25,969 bases of DNA. Origin: a virus. Taxonomy: Duplodnaviria; Caudoviricetes. The translations under genes were made by a program, and so were the position numbers. Below the pieces are notes generated by a model. It did no database searches and was not told where the DNA came from. It saw only the letters and a program-made list of their open reading frames with translations. The stretch is from positions 1 through 25,969 of the IMG/VR virus record IMGVR_UViG_3300002756_000030; one strand, given 5' to 3'. Below are positions 15,739-23,502 of the stretch, piece after piece (the first letter of the stretch is position 1; each line of letters opens with the position of its first letter).

Positions 15739-15929
15739 GGCCACCTCCCGGGATCAGCATCCGCAAGGAGCCATACACGGCCGACGACCTCGCCCGAAAC
15801 GTGGCCCGCTTCACGGTCACCCTGACGCACCGGTGTATCGCGTGTGGGCGTGGGCCTGGGGATGGTGCACGCGTGGACGTGCACGGCTGGTGCGAACAGT
15901 GCAGGCCAAGCGAACGGGGACGGGCATGA
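15735..15929 (+). CDS. Small Zn-finger-like protein
   Basis: CIAC...CEQC; ATGA overlaps. Confidence 0.55.
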   Translation: MRPPPGISIRKEPYTADDLARNVARFTVTLTHRCIACGRGPGDGARVDVHGWCEQCRPSERGRA

Positions 15930-16126
15930 GCGGACGACGCGGATGGTTCGCAGACGTTGACGGGGAAGCGCCCACCGGCTTCCCGTGGCAACCCTGCCTC
16001 GAAACGGGCCTAGGTCTCGTCCCGTGCTTCGAGTTGTGGTTCAAGACCGAGGCTGAGTGTGAGGCGTGGATCCGGGACAACGTGCTCGGCGTAGGCATGT
16101 TCGACGACACGGAGGCCCGACCATGA
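15926..16126 (+). CDS. Hypothetical phage protein
   Basis: ATGA overlaps. Confidence 0.6.
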   Translation: MSGRRGWFADVDGEAPTGFPWQPCLETGLGLVPCFELWFKTEAECEAWIRDNVLGVGMFDDTEARP

Positions 16127-16830
16127 GCGACGACCGACCATCGGTGCTGAATGCACGTGACGACCTTCGTGAGCTGGCGGAACGTTACGAGACCGTTGCC
16201 GCACTCGACCTCACCCCGGTCACGGTTGGGGCTGGTCGCACACCACCCGGGTCACGGCTTCCACCTGGCATGCAAGAGATCCTTGACGCCGACGAAATCC
16301 GGCGTGTGCTGACCGCCGTGGACGACTGGGCCCGGTTCCTAGTCGATGTCCTCGTGGACGAGTGCCAGGCAACCGCCCCGGAACCGACACCGGCACGGCT
16401 CAGGCTCGCATCCGTGCACGCCGAACACCTGTCCCACCACGACGACGTGATGTTCGCTGTTGCGTTCGACGACGACCTACACGACCACCTCCGGGCCATC
16501 CGCCGGCTCGCCAACAGGAACATTCGGCACATCCCCACCAAGCACCACTGCGTCCGATCCGTGTGCGCCGGGCACCTCGTCTCCACGCTCGGTGAAGGGG
16601 CAGACGCCGCACTCAGGTGTGACACGTGCGGTGATCTCGTGCCGTTCATCGTGTGGTCAGCTTGGCCGAAACTGCGGGCCACGTACATCACCCCCGACCA
16701 CGCCGCGAAGATGCTCCACACGACCGTGCAGGCGGTGCACCAGCGTGCCCGGCGTGGGAAGTGGCACCGCGTGGGGACGGGTCGGGATGTTCGCTACAGC
16801 GTCGAGGATGTGCGGAATGCGACGGGGTGA
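16123..16830 (+). CDS. Zn-finger + C-terminal HTH protein, probable late transcription regulator
   Basis: CVRSVCAG...CDTCG then ITPDHAAKMLHTTVQAVHQRARRGK; last early gene, just upstream of the late promoter. Confidence 0.7.
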   Translation: MSDDRPSVLNARDDLRELAERYETVAALDLTPVTVGAGRTPPGSRLPPGMQEILDADEIRRVLTAVDDWARFLVDVLVDECQATAPEPTPARLRLASVHAEHLSHHDDVMFAVAFDDDLHDHLRAIRRLANRNIRHIPTKHHCVRSVCAGHLVSTLGEGADAALRCDTCGDLVPFIVWSAWPKLRATYITPDHAAKMLHTTVQAVHQRARRGKWHRVGTGRDVRYSVEDVRNATG

Positions 16831-16840
16831 CGACACGCCG

Positions 16841-16881
16841 GGTTGTTCGCCTTGACGTAGAACAACCGTCGCGCATAGCAT
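16841..16881 (+). promoter_or_regulatory. Late promoter with inverted repeat bracketing -35
   Basis: TTGACG(16852)-18-TAGCAT(16876); GGTTGTTC (16841-16848) / GAACAACC (16860-16867). Confidence 0.7.
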
Positions 16882-16915
16882 GTCAGCCATAGAGGGCGTT
16901 CTACGCCCTAACGAC

Positions 16916-16945
16916 AGGGCCCCGCATAGTCGGGGCCTTCGTCAT
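16916..16945 (+). terminator. Intrinsic terminator-like hairpin just downstream of late promoter
   Basis: GGCCCCG-catagt-CGGGGCC followed by TTCGTCAT. Confidence 0.6.
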
Positions 16946-16946
16946 G

Positions 16947-17156
16947 CCCGCCCCGGTAAGCGCCGGGCGGGTCACAATCTCCACCGGATCAGGGGCGCGC
17001 TTGCCACGTGCTAGCCGGTGGAACCTGCGGGGACAACCGGCCCGGCCCTGGGCGTGGCGGTCCATTCCCAACCGGCTCCCCGCAGGCACCTTCTCCCGGT
17101 CGTCGCGCGACCCAGCCCGTGACCCACACGCGGACTGCTGCGCCCACGACGACCGG
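16947..17156 (+). ncRNA. Candidate structured RNA: four consecutive stem-loops
   Basis: Closing stems 16947-52/16966-71, 16980-87/17015-22, 17024-33/17077-86, 17096-105/17147-56. Confidence 0.4.
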
Positions 17157-17200
17157 TGACAGACCACCCAACCCGAGTCACTACCTCACCGGAGGCTGAC

Positions 17201-17509
17201 ATGAGCGACCCGCAGGTCGGAGATAGCATCAAGGCGCTAGCGGCATGTGACCGCCTGCCCGAAGGCACCATCGTCGGGTTCGCACACCCCATCTACCAGG
17301 GCCCATCGGCGGCCGTCCGCGTGGCACTCCACGACGGCACACTACTCTGGGCGACGACCGGGTATGGGAAGCCGCAGAAGACTCGCACCATCAAGCAGGC
17401 GTTCGGCTGGGCCCCTTTCGTAATCCTCCACCTGCCCGACTGCGCACCACTCAACACCGAGGCTCGCATCGGATACAGGACCTACGGACACGCCCCCGTT
17501 CCAGCCTGA
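17201..17509 (+). CDS. Hypothetical phage protein
   Basis: GGAGG RBS, 102-aa ORF. Confidence 0.75.
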   Translation: MSDPQVGDSIKALAACDRLPEGTIVGFAHPIYQGPSAAVRVALHDGTLLWATTGYGKPQKTRTIKQAFGWAPFVILHLPDCAPLNTEARIGYRTYGHAPVPA

Positions 17510-17526
17510 CGCAACACCCACAAGCT

Positions 17527-17628
17527 TCCCTCGGCGTCGACCGCCACGCGGCGACCAACAACACCCTCTCCAAGGGCGACCGGCCGTGAGTGCCGGAATG
17601 CTAAGCGAGTGGTGAGCGCGCCGAGGGA
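17527..17628 (+). ncRNA. Candidate multibranch structured RNA
   Basis: 10-bp closing stem TCCCTCGGCG/CGCCGAGGGA enclosing three small hairpins. Confidence 0.4.
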
Positions 17629-17662
17629 GTAAACCAAACCCGGGGGGGTGCTCGAGAGCAAG

Positions 17663-17998
17663 ATGCCCCGCGCACCCAAAGAATGCGCCCACCCCGGCTG
17701 CAACACCCGGGGGGCAGGAACACACTGCCCCGCCCACCAACCCAGGGGATGGTCCCAAACAACCCGGGGGGGATCCACCAGGGCATCCCGCAGACTCCGC
17801 GCCCTCATCCTCGAACGCGACCCCATCTGCACATGCACAGGGTGCCCAGCTTGCACCCCGGGGGGGTGTTCCAGGGAAAGCGTCGAGGACGACCACCTGG
17901 TCAACGTTGCGGCAGGTGGCACAGACGACGCGACCAACCATCGTGGAATCTGCGTCCCATGTCACAAGCGCAAGACGGCACGTGAAGCAAGGGGGTAG
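17663..17998 (+). CDS. Packaging-associated HNH endonuclease (HK97 gp74-like position)
   Basis: CAHPGC...CPAH, ILERDPIC, DDHLVNVAAGGTDDATNHRGICVPCHKRKT; precedes cos and terminase. Confidence 0.88.
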   Translation: MPRAPKECAHPGCNTRGAGTHCPAHQPRGWSQTTRGGSTRASRRLRALILERDPICTCTGCPACTPGGCSRESVEDDHLVNVAAGGTDDATNHRGICVPCHKRKTAREARG

Positions 17999-18065
17999 GG
18001 GGGAGCCCCTCCCCCGCCCCGCGCGGACACCGAAGAGGTGCTGCAGATTTTGTTCCCTACGTTTG
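17992..18065. other. Probable cos (cohesive end) region
   Basis: G-run/C-run after packaging HNH, then CGAAGAGGTGC|TGCAGATTTTG; strand composition flips from C/A-rich to G/T-rich here. Confidence 0.6.
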
Positions 18066-18194
18066 CCCCGACTTGGCGCCCTGGGGCGTCTGGGGCGAGC
18101 TGGGCGGCATGGGCGGCCCGCGGGTGGCATGCGTGCCCCGCTTGCCGTCCTCAAGTGGTCTACGTGGATCGATTCTTGCGAGTGGGCGTCCCCG

Positions 18195-18237
18195 CAGGTC
18201 ATAGACCTGTATCTGTTACATCGGGTAGACTGGCGTC
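18195..18237 (+). promoter_or_regulatory. Leaderless promoter for Zn-finger/prim-pol gene
   Basis: CAGGTC-ata-GACCTG inverted repeat, TGTTACA, then TAGACT (18226-31) 6 nt before GTG; no RBS. Confidence 0.5.
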
Positions 18238-18750
18238 GTGCGTAGTTGCAGGTGGTGTGGGGTCCGACTGGACGTGTTGGTGCGTTCGGATGCCCGGTTC
18301 TGTTCGACGCGGTGTCGTGTGGCGTCGCATCGTGCGGGGCGGTCGTTGCCGTTGGATCTGACCGATAGGCGGGCGTGGTCGCGTCGGGATGGGAAGCGTC
18401 CGATTCGGGTGAATGGGTTGCCGGCGTCGTCGACGAACCCTGCGACGTGGTGCACCTACGCCGAGGCTGTGGCGTCGACCGCGGGTGATGGGCTGGGCAT
18501 CATGCTCGGCGGCGGGCTTGGGTGCTATGACCTGGATCACTGCCTGTCGGGTGACGTTGTGGCCCCGTGGGCGCGTGAGGCCCTTGAGGGGATTCCGGAG
18601 CGTGTGGTGTGGGTGGAGCGGTCAATGTCTGGGACCGGCCTGCACGTGTTCGTGGAGGCTCCGGAGGTTCGCGGTTACCGGCGTCGCGGTGTTGAGCGTT
18701 ACACCCGTGACCGGTTCATCGCTGTGACTGGCGTGAGGTTCGTTCTGTAG
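18238..18750 (+). CDS. Zn-finger + minimal AEP primase-polymerase domain (NrS-1-like N-terminal domain)
   Basis: CRWC...FCSTRCR; ASSTNPATW, GLGIML, YDLDHC (motif I), ERSMSGTGLHVF (motif II), VERYTRDRFIAVTG. Confidence 0.85.
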   Translation: MRSCRWCGVRLDVLVRSDARFCSTRCRVASHRAGRSLPLDLTDRRAWSRRDGKRPIRVNGLPASSTNPATWCTYAEAVASTAGDGLGIMLGGGLGCYDLDHCLSGDVVAPWAREALEGIPERVVWVERSMSGTGLHVFVEAPEVRGYRRRGVERYTRDRFIAVTGVRFVL

Positions 18751-18796
18751 GGCGTCCGACCGGGGCGCCTCGTCCCGCTGTGATCGGAGGCCCCCA

Positions 18797-19006
18797 ATGG
18801 CACGTCCACCTCGCCTAAACCGTGACCCTGGCGGCTACAAGCGTGAAGCGCAGTCGGCGCGGAAGAACGATCTCGCGGCGGCGGCGTCAAAGCGTCGTCG
18901 TGGGACGTTCGAGCTTGGCACGAAGTCTCGTTCGAGCAGCAATGCCGGCGTGAAGAAGGGTGGCGGCTCGGGTCAGCGCCGTGACCGTAAGGGCCGTTTC
19001 GCCTAA
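18797..19006 (+). CDS. Small highly basic protein ending in RDxxGRF
   Basis: GGAGG RBS; 69 aa R/K/G/S-rich; C-terminus QRRDRKGRFA. Confidence 0.75.
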   Translation: MARPPRLNRDPGGYKREAQSARKNDLAAAASKRRRGTFELGTKSRSSSNAGVKKGGGSGQRRDRKGRFA

Positions 19007-19027
19007 TCCGTCGCACCATAAGGCCGA

Positions 19028-19064
19028 CCCGACACGGGGCGGTCCATCCGTCCCGACACGGGAG
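19028..19064 (+). promoter_or_regulatory. Tandem CCCGACACGGG hairpin motif over TerS RBS
   Basis: Copies at 19028-19038 and 19052-19062; second runs into GGAGG. Confidence 0.6.
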
Positions 19065-19070
19065 GTCATC

Positions 19071-19526
19071 ATGCCGCAGCCGAAGAAGCACGCGTCCGTT
19101 CGTGCACGGGCGAACAAGGCGTCCACGGCGGCGACCCTCGTGCGCGCGGGTGAGCAGGTTCCGTCTGTGCCGGTGATGCCGTCGGGGCCTGACTGGCATT
19201 CGGAGACGGTGGCGTGGTGGGCGGCTGTGTGGGCGTCTCCGATGTCGCCGGAGTGGGACGAGTCGGACGTGCACAACGTGGTCATCTGTGCCCTGTTGTA
19301 CAACGACATTTGGCGTGCGGAGACCGCGAAGGAACGCAAGGACGCGGCTGGCGAGTTCCGGTTGCAGCGGCGTGACCTTGGTTTGACCCCGTACGACCGT
19401 CGGCGGCTCGAGTGGACGATCGAGACGGTCGATGCCGCAAAGGCGCAGGGTGACGCGCGTCGTCAACGGCAGGCGTCGGCGCAGCCGAGCCCTGGTGAGG
19501 ATCCTCGCCTCGCTCTAGTGAACTAG
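19071..19526 (+). CDS. Terminase small subunit
   Basis: WHSETVAWWAAVWASPMSPEW..SD, EFRLQ...LGLTPYDRRRLEW; upstream of TerL. Confidence 0.88.
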   Translation: MPQPKKHASVRARANKASTAATLVRAGEQVPSVPVMPSGPDWHSETVAWWAAVWASPMSPEWDESDVHNVVICALLYNDIWRAETAKERKDAAGEFRLQRRDLGLTPYDRRRLEWTIETVDAAKAQGDARRQRQASAQPSPGEDPRLALVN

Positions 19527-19533
19527 TCCCACC

Positions 19534-21195
19534 GTGGCGACACTGATCGTCCCCCAACTTGACCTGTCGTTCCCGACATTGGGTCCAGCGTTGGCGGACT
19601 TCATCACTGAGCGGTGCGTGTTCGGGCCGGGGTCGTTGGCTGGTCAGCCGGCACGCTTGGACGCGGAGAAGCGCGCGGCCCTGTACCGGTTGTACGAGGT
19701 GTTCCCGAAGGGGCACCGCCAGGCGGGTCGGCGCAGGTTTCAGCGTGGCGCGCTTGAGTGGCGCAAGGGTTTGGCTAAGACGGAGTTTGCGGCGTGGGTG
19801 GCGTTCTGCGAGTTGCACCCTGAGGCGCCGGTGCGGTGTGACGGGTTCAACGCTGCGGGTGAACCGGTGGGGCGCCCGGTGTCGTTCCCGTATATCCCGA
19901 TGATGGCCGTGACGGAGGAGCAGGTCTCCGAGCTTGCTTACGGGGTGCTGAAGTACGTGGTCGAGGAAGGCCCTGACGCGGCGTTGTTTGATGCGTCCCT
20001 GGACAGGATCATCCGCCTTGGTCCGGGCGGTAAGGCTGAGGGTCGCGCGGTGCCGGTGTCGAATGCGCCGGGTGCGCGTGATGGTGCGTTGACGTCGTTT
20101 CAGCACTTTGATGAGCCGCACCGGTTGTACTTGCCGTCTCAGCGGAACGCACACGAGACGATGCTGCAGAACTTGCACAAGCGTCCCCTTGAGGATCCGT
20201 GGGTGTTCTACACGTCCACGGCGGGGCAGCCCGGGCAGAACTCCATCGAGGAGGATGTGCGCGCTGAGGCTGAGTCGATTGCCCGCGGTGACCAGGATGA
20301 CCCGTCCTTGTTCTTCTTCGCACGGTGGGCCGGGCCCGACCGTGATGACTTGTCGACGGTTGATCTGCGCATTGAGGCGGTGTCTGAGGCGACGGGTCCG
20401 GCTGGTGAGTATGGGCCGGGTCAGTTTGAGCGGATCGCCAAGGACTATGACCGGAAGGGTGTGGACCGCGCCTATTGGGAGCGGGTCTACCTGAACCGGT
20501 GGCGTAAGGCCGGGTCGCAGTTCTTCGACTTGAAGAGGATTGAGCCGCTGTTGCGGCCGGGGCACCGGATACCCGATGACGGGTTCGTGACACTCGGTTT
20601 TGACGGCGCCCGGTTTCGTGATGCGACTGCGCTTGTTGCGACGGAGATTGACACGGGGTTGCAGGAGCTTGTCGGGTTGTGGGAACGGCCTGAGGGTGTT
20701 GAGGAGTGGGAAGTTCCTGAGGATGAGGTCACGGACTTGCTCGCGGATACGTTGCGGCGCCTTGAGGTGTGGGTGCTGTATGGGGATCCGCCGCATTGGA
20801 CGGAGACGATGGGGTCGTGGTCGGCGAAGTGGCCGGGGCAGGTCGTTGAGTGGTGGACGGCTCGCCCTAAGACGATGGCGTACACGTTGCGTGAGTACGT
20901 GGAGGCGATTGACGCCGGCTTGGTGTCGTTCGGTGGTGTGGACGTTGATGGTGCGGTGTTCCGCCCGCATGACGACCTGGTGCGGCATTTGGGTAACGCG
21001 GGCCGCAAGGAACTCCGGTTGAAGGATGACGAGGGTCAACCGTTGTACGTGATGGCTAAGCAGGACGGCCAGCAGATGCTCAAGTTTGACGCGGCGATGG
21101 CTGCGGTTCTGTCGTGGAAGGCGTGCCTTGATGCGCGCAAGGTCGGCGCGCGTCCGCGTCGAGGGAACAGGCGGGCACCACGCCGCATCTACTGA
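19534..21195 (+). CDS. Terminase large subunit
   Basis: Walker A RKGLAKTE, Walker B FQHFDEPH, TSTAG, nuclease GFDGA...DATAL, KFDAAMA. Confidence 0.95.
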   Translation: MATLIVPQLDLSFPTLGPALADFITERCVFGPGSLAGQPARLDAEKRAALYRLYEVFPKGHRQAGRRRFQRGALEWRKGLAKTEFAAWVAFCELHPEAPVRCDGFNAAGEPVGRPVSFPYIPMMAVTEEQVSELAYGVLKYVVEEGPDAALFDASLDRIIRLGPGGKAEGRAVPVSNAPGARDGALTSFQHFDEPHRLYLPSQRNAHETMLQNLHKRPLEDPWVFYTSTAGQPGQNSIEEDVRAEAESIARGDQDDPSLFFFARWAGPDRDDLSTVDLRIEAVSEATGPAGEYGPGQFERIAKDYDRKGVDRAYWERVYLNRWRKAGSQFFDLKRIEPLLRPGHRIPDDGFVTLGFDGARFRDATALVATEIDTGLQELVGLWERPEGVEEWEVPEDEVTDLLADTLRRLEVWVLYGDPPHWTETMGSWSAKWPGQVVEWWTARPKTMAYTLREYVEAIDAGLVSFGGVDVDGAVFRPHDDLVRHLGNAGRKELRLKDDEGQPLYVMAKQDGQQMLKFDAAMAAVLSWKACLDARKVGARPRRGNRRAPRRIY

Positions 21196-21215
21196 TCAGA
21201 GGGTGGTGATGGCGC

Positions 21216-22631
21216 GTGGCTCCTACCACCCCGGATGAGTGGCTTCCCGTCTTGGCGAAGCGGCAGGATGACAGGTTTGCGCGGATCACGTTGCTGCGTG
21301 ATTATGCGAATGGGCGCGCCCCGTTGCCTGAGATGGGTGAGAACCTGAAGGCGTCGTGGTTGGCGTTCCAGAAGAAGTCCCGGACGGATTATGGGGGCCT
21401 GTGTGTTGGGTCGTTGGCTGATCGGATCCGCCCGAATGGGATTCTGATCGGTGATGCCCCGGACACGCCGGAATCTGTGCAGGCTCGCCGGATTTGGCGG
21501 GACAACCGCATGGACGTGCAGCTCTCCGATGCGGTTGACGACTACTTGACGACCTCGGTCGGGTACTTGGTTGTTGGTCGTGGCGTGGATGGTCGTGCGG
21601 TGATTACCCGCGAGGCCCCGGAGCAGTTCATTGCGGCGACTGACCCGTTGCGGCCGTGGAAGGCTCGCGCGGCGTTGAAGGTGTGGCGGGACCTGGACGC
21701 GAAGATGGATTACGCCCTGGTGTGGGCGTCGGGTTCCCGGCAGTTGTACCAGCGGTCGTCTTGGAACGATGAGCGGCGCCTGTTGCAGCGCGTCCAGGGC
21801 GGTTGGGGCAAGGTTGAGTCCGGGCTCGAGACGTATGAGGGTGACCCGCCCGTTGTCGTGTTCGAGCGGAAGTCCGGGCTGGGCCTGTTTGAGCCGCACA
21901 CGGACGTAATCGACCGGATCAACCTGGGCAAGTTGCAGCGCCTGGTGATCGCGGCGATGCAGGCGTTCCGTCAGCGCGCGTTGAAGGCGCAGCCGGGCAC
22001 TGGTGGGCTGCCGGAGAAGGATGAGAACGGGCACCCGATCGAGTGGGACAAGATTCTCGCGCCCGCCCCCGGTGCCTTGTGGGAGCTGCCTGAGGGCATC
22101 GACATTTGGGAGTCCCAGCAGACCGACATCCGCCCGTTGCTTGAGGGTGAGAAGTCGGACGCCAGGGACTTCGCCGCGGTGACACGCACCCCGATCAGTG
22201 TGTTCATCCCTGATGGGGCGAACCAGTCCGCTGAGGGTGCGGCGAACTCGACGGCGGGTCAGGTGGCGCAGGCCGAGCAGGAGATCGCCCGGTTGAAGCC
22301 CGCCCTGGCCGTGGTGCTCGTGTACTCGTTGCGGGTTGAGGGCACGGACCTGGGTGAGTCGCAGACGGTCGAGGTGTCGTTTGAGCCGCCGGCTTACGTG
22401 TCCCTGTCGGAGAAGTATGCGGCGGCGGCGCAGGCGAAGGCTGCGGGTGAGCCGTGGAAGTCGATCGCCCGGAACATCCTCGGGTACTCGCCGGAGAAGA
22501 TCGCGCAGGCGGAGTTGGATCGGGCTGAGGAGCAGTTGTCGGCGGCGACGTTGATCCAGGCGGCGACACCACCGCCGGCACCGGTCCCGCAGGAGCCTGT
22601 GAGGCAGCGTCGTGCCCCCGCTAACGCCTGA
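21216..22631 (+). CDS. Portal protein (SPP1 gp6-like)
   Basis: 471 aa after TerL; IWRDNRMD, FEPHTDVIDRIN, MQAFRQRA, ILGYSP. Confidence 0.9.
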   Translation: MAPTTPDEWLPVLAKRQDDRFARITLLRDYANGRAPLPEMGENLKASWLAFQKKSRTDYGGLCVGSLADRIRPNGILIGDAPDTPESVQARRIWRDNRMDVQLSDAVDDYLTTSVGYLVVGRGVDGRAVITREAPEQFIAATDPLRPWKARAALKVWRDLDAKMDYALVWASGSRQLYQRSSWNDERRLLQRVQGGWGKVESGLETYEGDPPVVVFERKSGLGLFEPHTDVIDRINLGKLQRLVIAAMQAFRQRALKAQPGTGGLPEKDENGHPIEWDKILAPAPGALWELPEGIDIWESQQTDIRPLLEGEKSDARDFAAVTRTPISVFIPDGANQSAEGAANSTAGQVAQAEQEIARLKPALAVVLVYSLRVEGTDLGESQTVEVSFEPPAYVSLSEKYAAAAQAKAAGEPWKSIARNILGYSPEKIAQAELDRAEEQLSAATLIQAATPPPAPVPQEPVRQRRAPANA

Positions 22632-23451
22632 ACGGGTCATTGGGGGGTATCAGTCTGCGGTGACGCAGGTTCGTGCCCGTGTGGTGGCTTATTCGCGGGC
22701 GGCGTGGTTGGCGCAGGGGTCGTACCGGGACGCTGACGTGGACCGCCTGGTCGGGTTGATTGTCCCGCGAGTGCAGGCGGGGCAGGTGCAGGTCGCGAAC
22801 CTGACGTCGGCGTACCTGGCATCTCTAGCGTCGTTGCGCGAGGGAACGCCTGTGACACCGGTTCCCGTGGACAGGGGTGCGGTGATTTCGGGGCGCGGTG
22901 TGCCCGCTACTGAGGTGTACCGCCGCCCGGCGGCGTCGATGTACACGGCGTTGTCGGGTGGTGCGTCGTTCGCGGTTGCGCTTAACCAGGGGTTGACCCG
23001 GTTGGAGTCGATCGTTGGCACTGACGTGCAGATGGCGAAGGTCCGCCAGTCGCGGTCGTCGATGAGGTCGCACGGGTGGCGGTTCTTCCGTCGCACGTTG
23101 ACGGGTAACGAGAACTGCGGCCTGTGTGTGATTGCGTCGACGCAGCGTTACCGCACGGAGTCACTGTCCCCGATCCACCCCGGTTGCGACTGCGGGGTCG
23201 CACCCATTGAGCAGGACTATGACCCGGGGCAGGTCATCAACCGTGAACTCCTTGAGGGCACACAGAGCGCGATCGGTGATTTCGCGGGCACGGCCGAGCG
23301 TGGCGCCCGAGACCTGGGCCTAGGTAGGTCCACGGCCACGGGTAAGCGCGCGTCGGACTACACGGACGTGATGATCCGTGACCACGGCGAATACGGCCCC
23401 ACGTTGACGTGGCGGGCCGACAAGTTCACGAGGGCCGCCGACCTCGCCTGA
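22612..23451 (+). CDS. MuF-like minor capsid / head morphogenesis protein
   Basis: RRTLTGNENCGLCVIAST...IHPGCDCGVAP; between portal and scaffold. Confidence 0.75.
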   Translation: MPPLTPERVIGGYQSAVTQVRARVVAYSRAAWLAQGSYRDADVDRLVGLIVPRVQAGQVQVANLTSAYLASLASLREGTPVTPVPVDRGAVISGRGVPATEVYRRPAASMYTALSGGASFAVALNQGLTRLESIVGTDVQMAKVRQSRSSMRSHGWRFFRRTLTGNENCGLCVIASTQRYRTESLSPIHPGCDCGVAPIEQDYDPGQVINRELLEGTQSAIGDFAGTAERGARDLGLGRSTATGKRASDYTDVMIRDHGEYGPTLTWRADKFTRAADLA

Positions 23452-23456
23452 TTCTT

Positions 23457-23494
23457 CCCGCCCCGACAGGGGGCGGGCCAACCCGACACGGGAG
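23457..23494 (+). promoter_or_regulatory. Second bipartite CCCGACA hairpin motif over scaffold RBS
   Basis: CCCGCCCC-GACAG-GGGGCGGG then CCCGACACGGGAG (23482-23494). Confidence 0.6.
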
Positions 23495-23502
23495 ATATTG
23501 CC

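Noticed and set aside
16944-17199. Short ORFs in the late leader
   Set aside because: No RBS, Pro/Arg/Gly-rich non-coding-like translations; better explained as structured RNA
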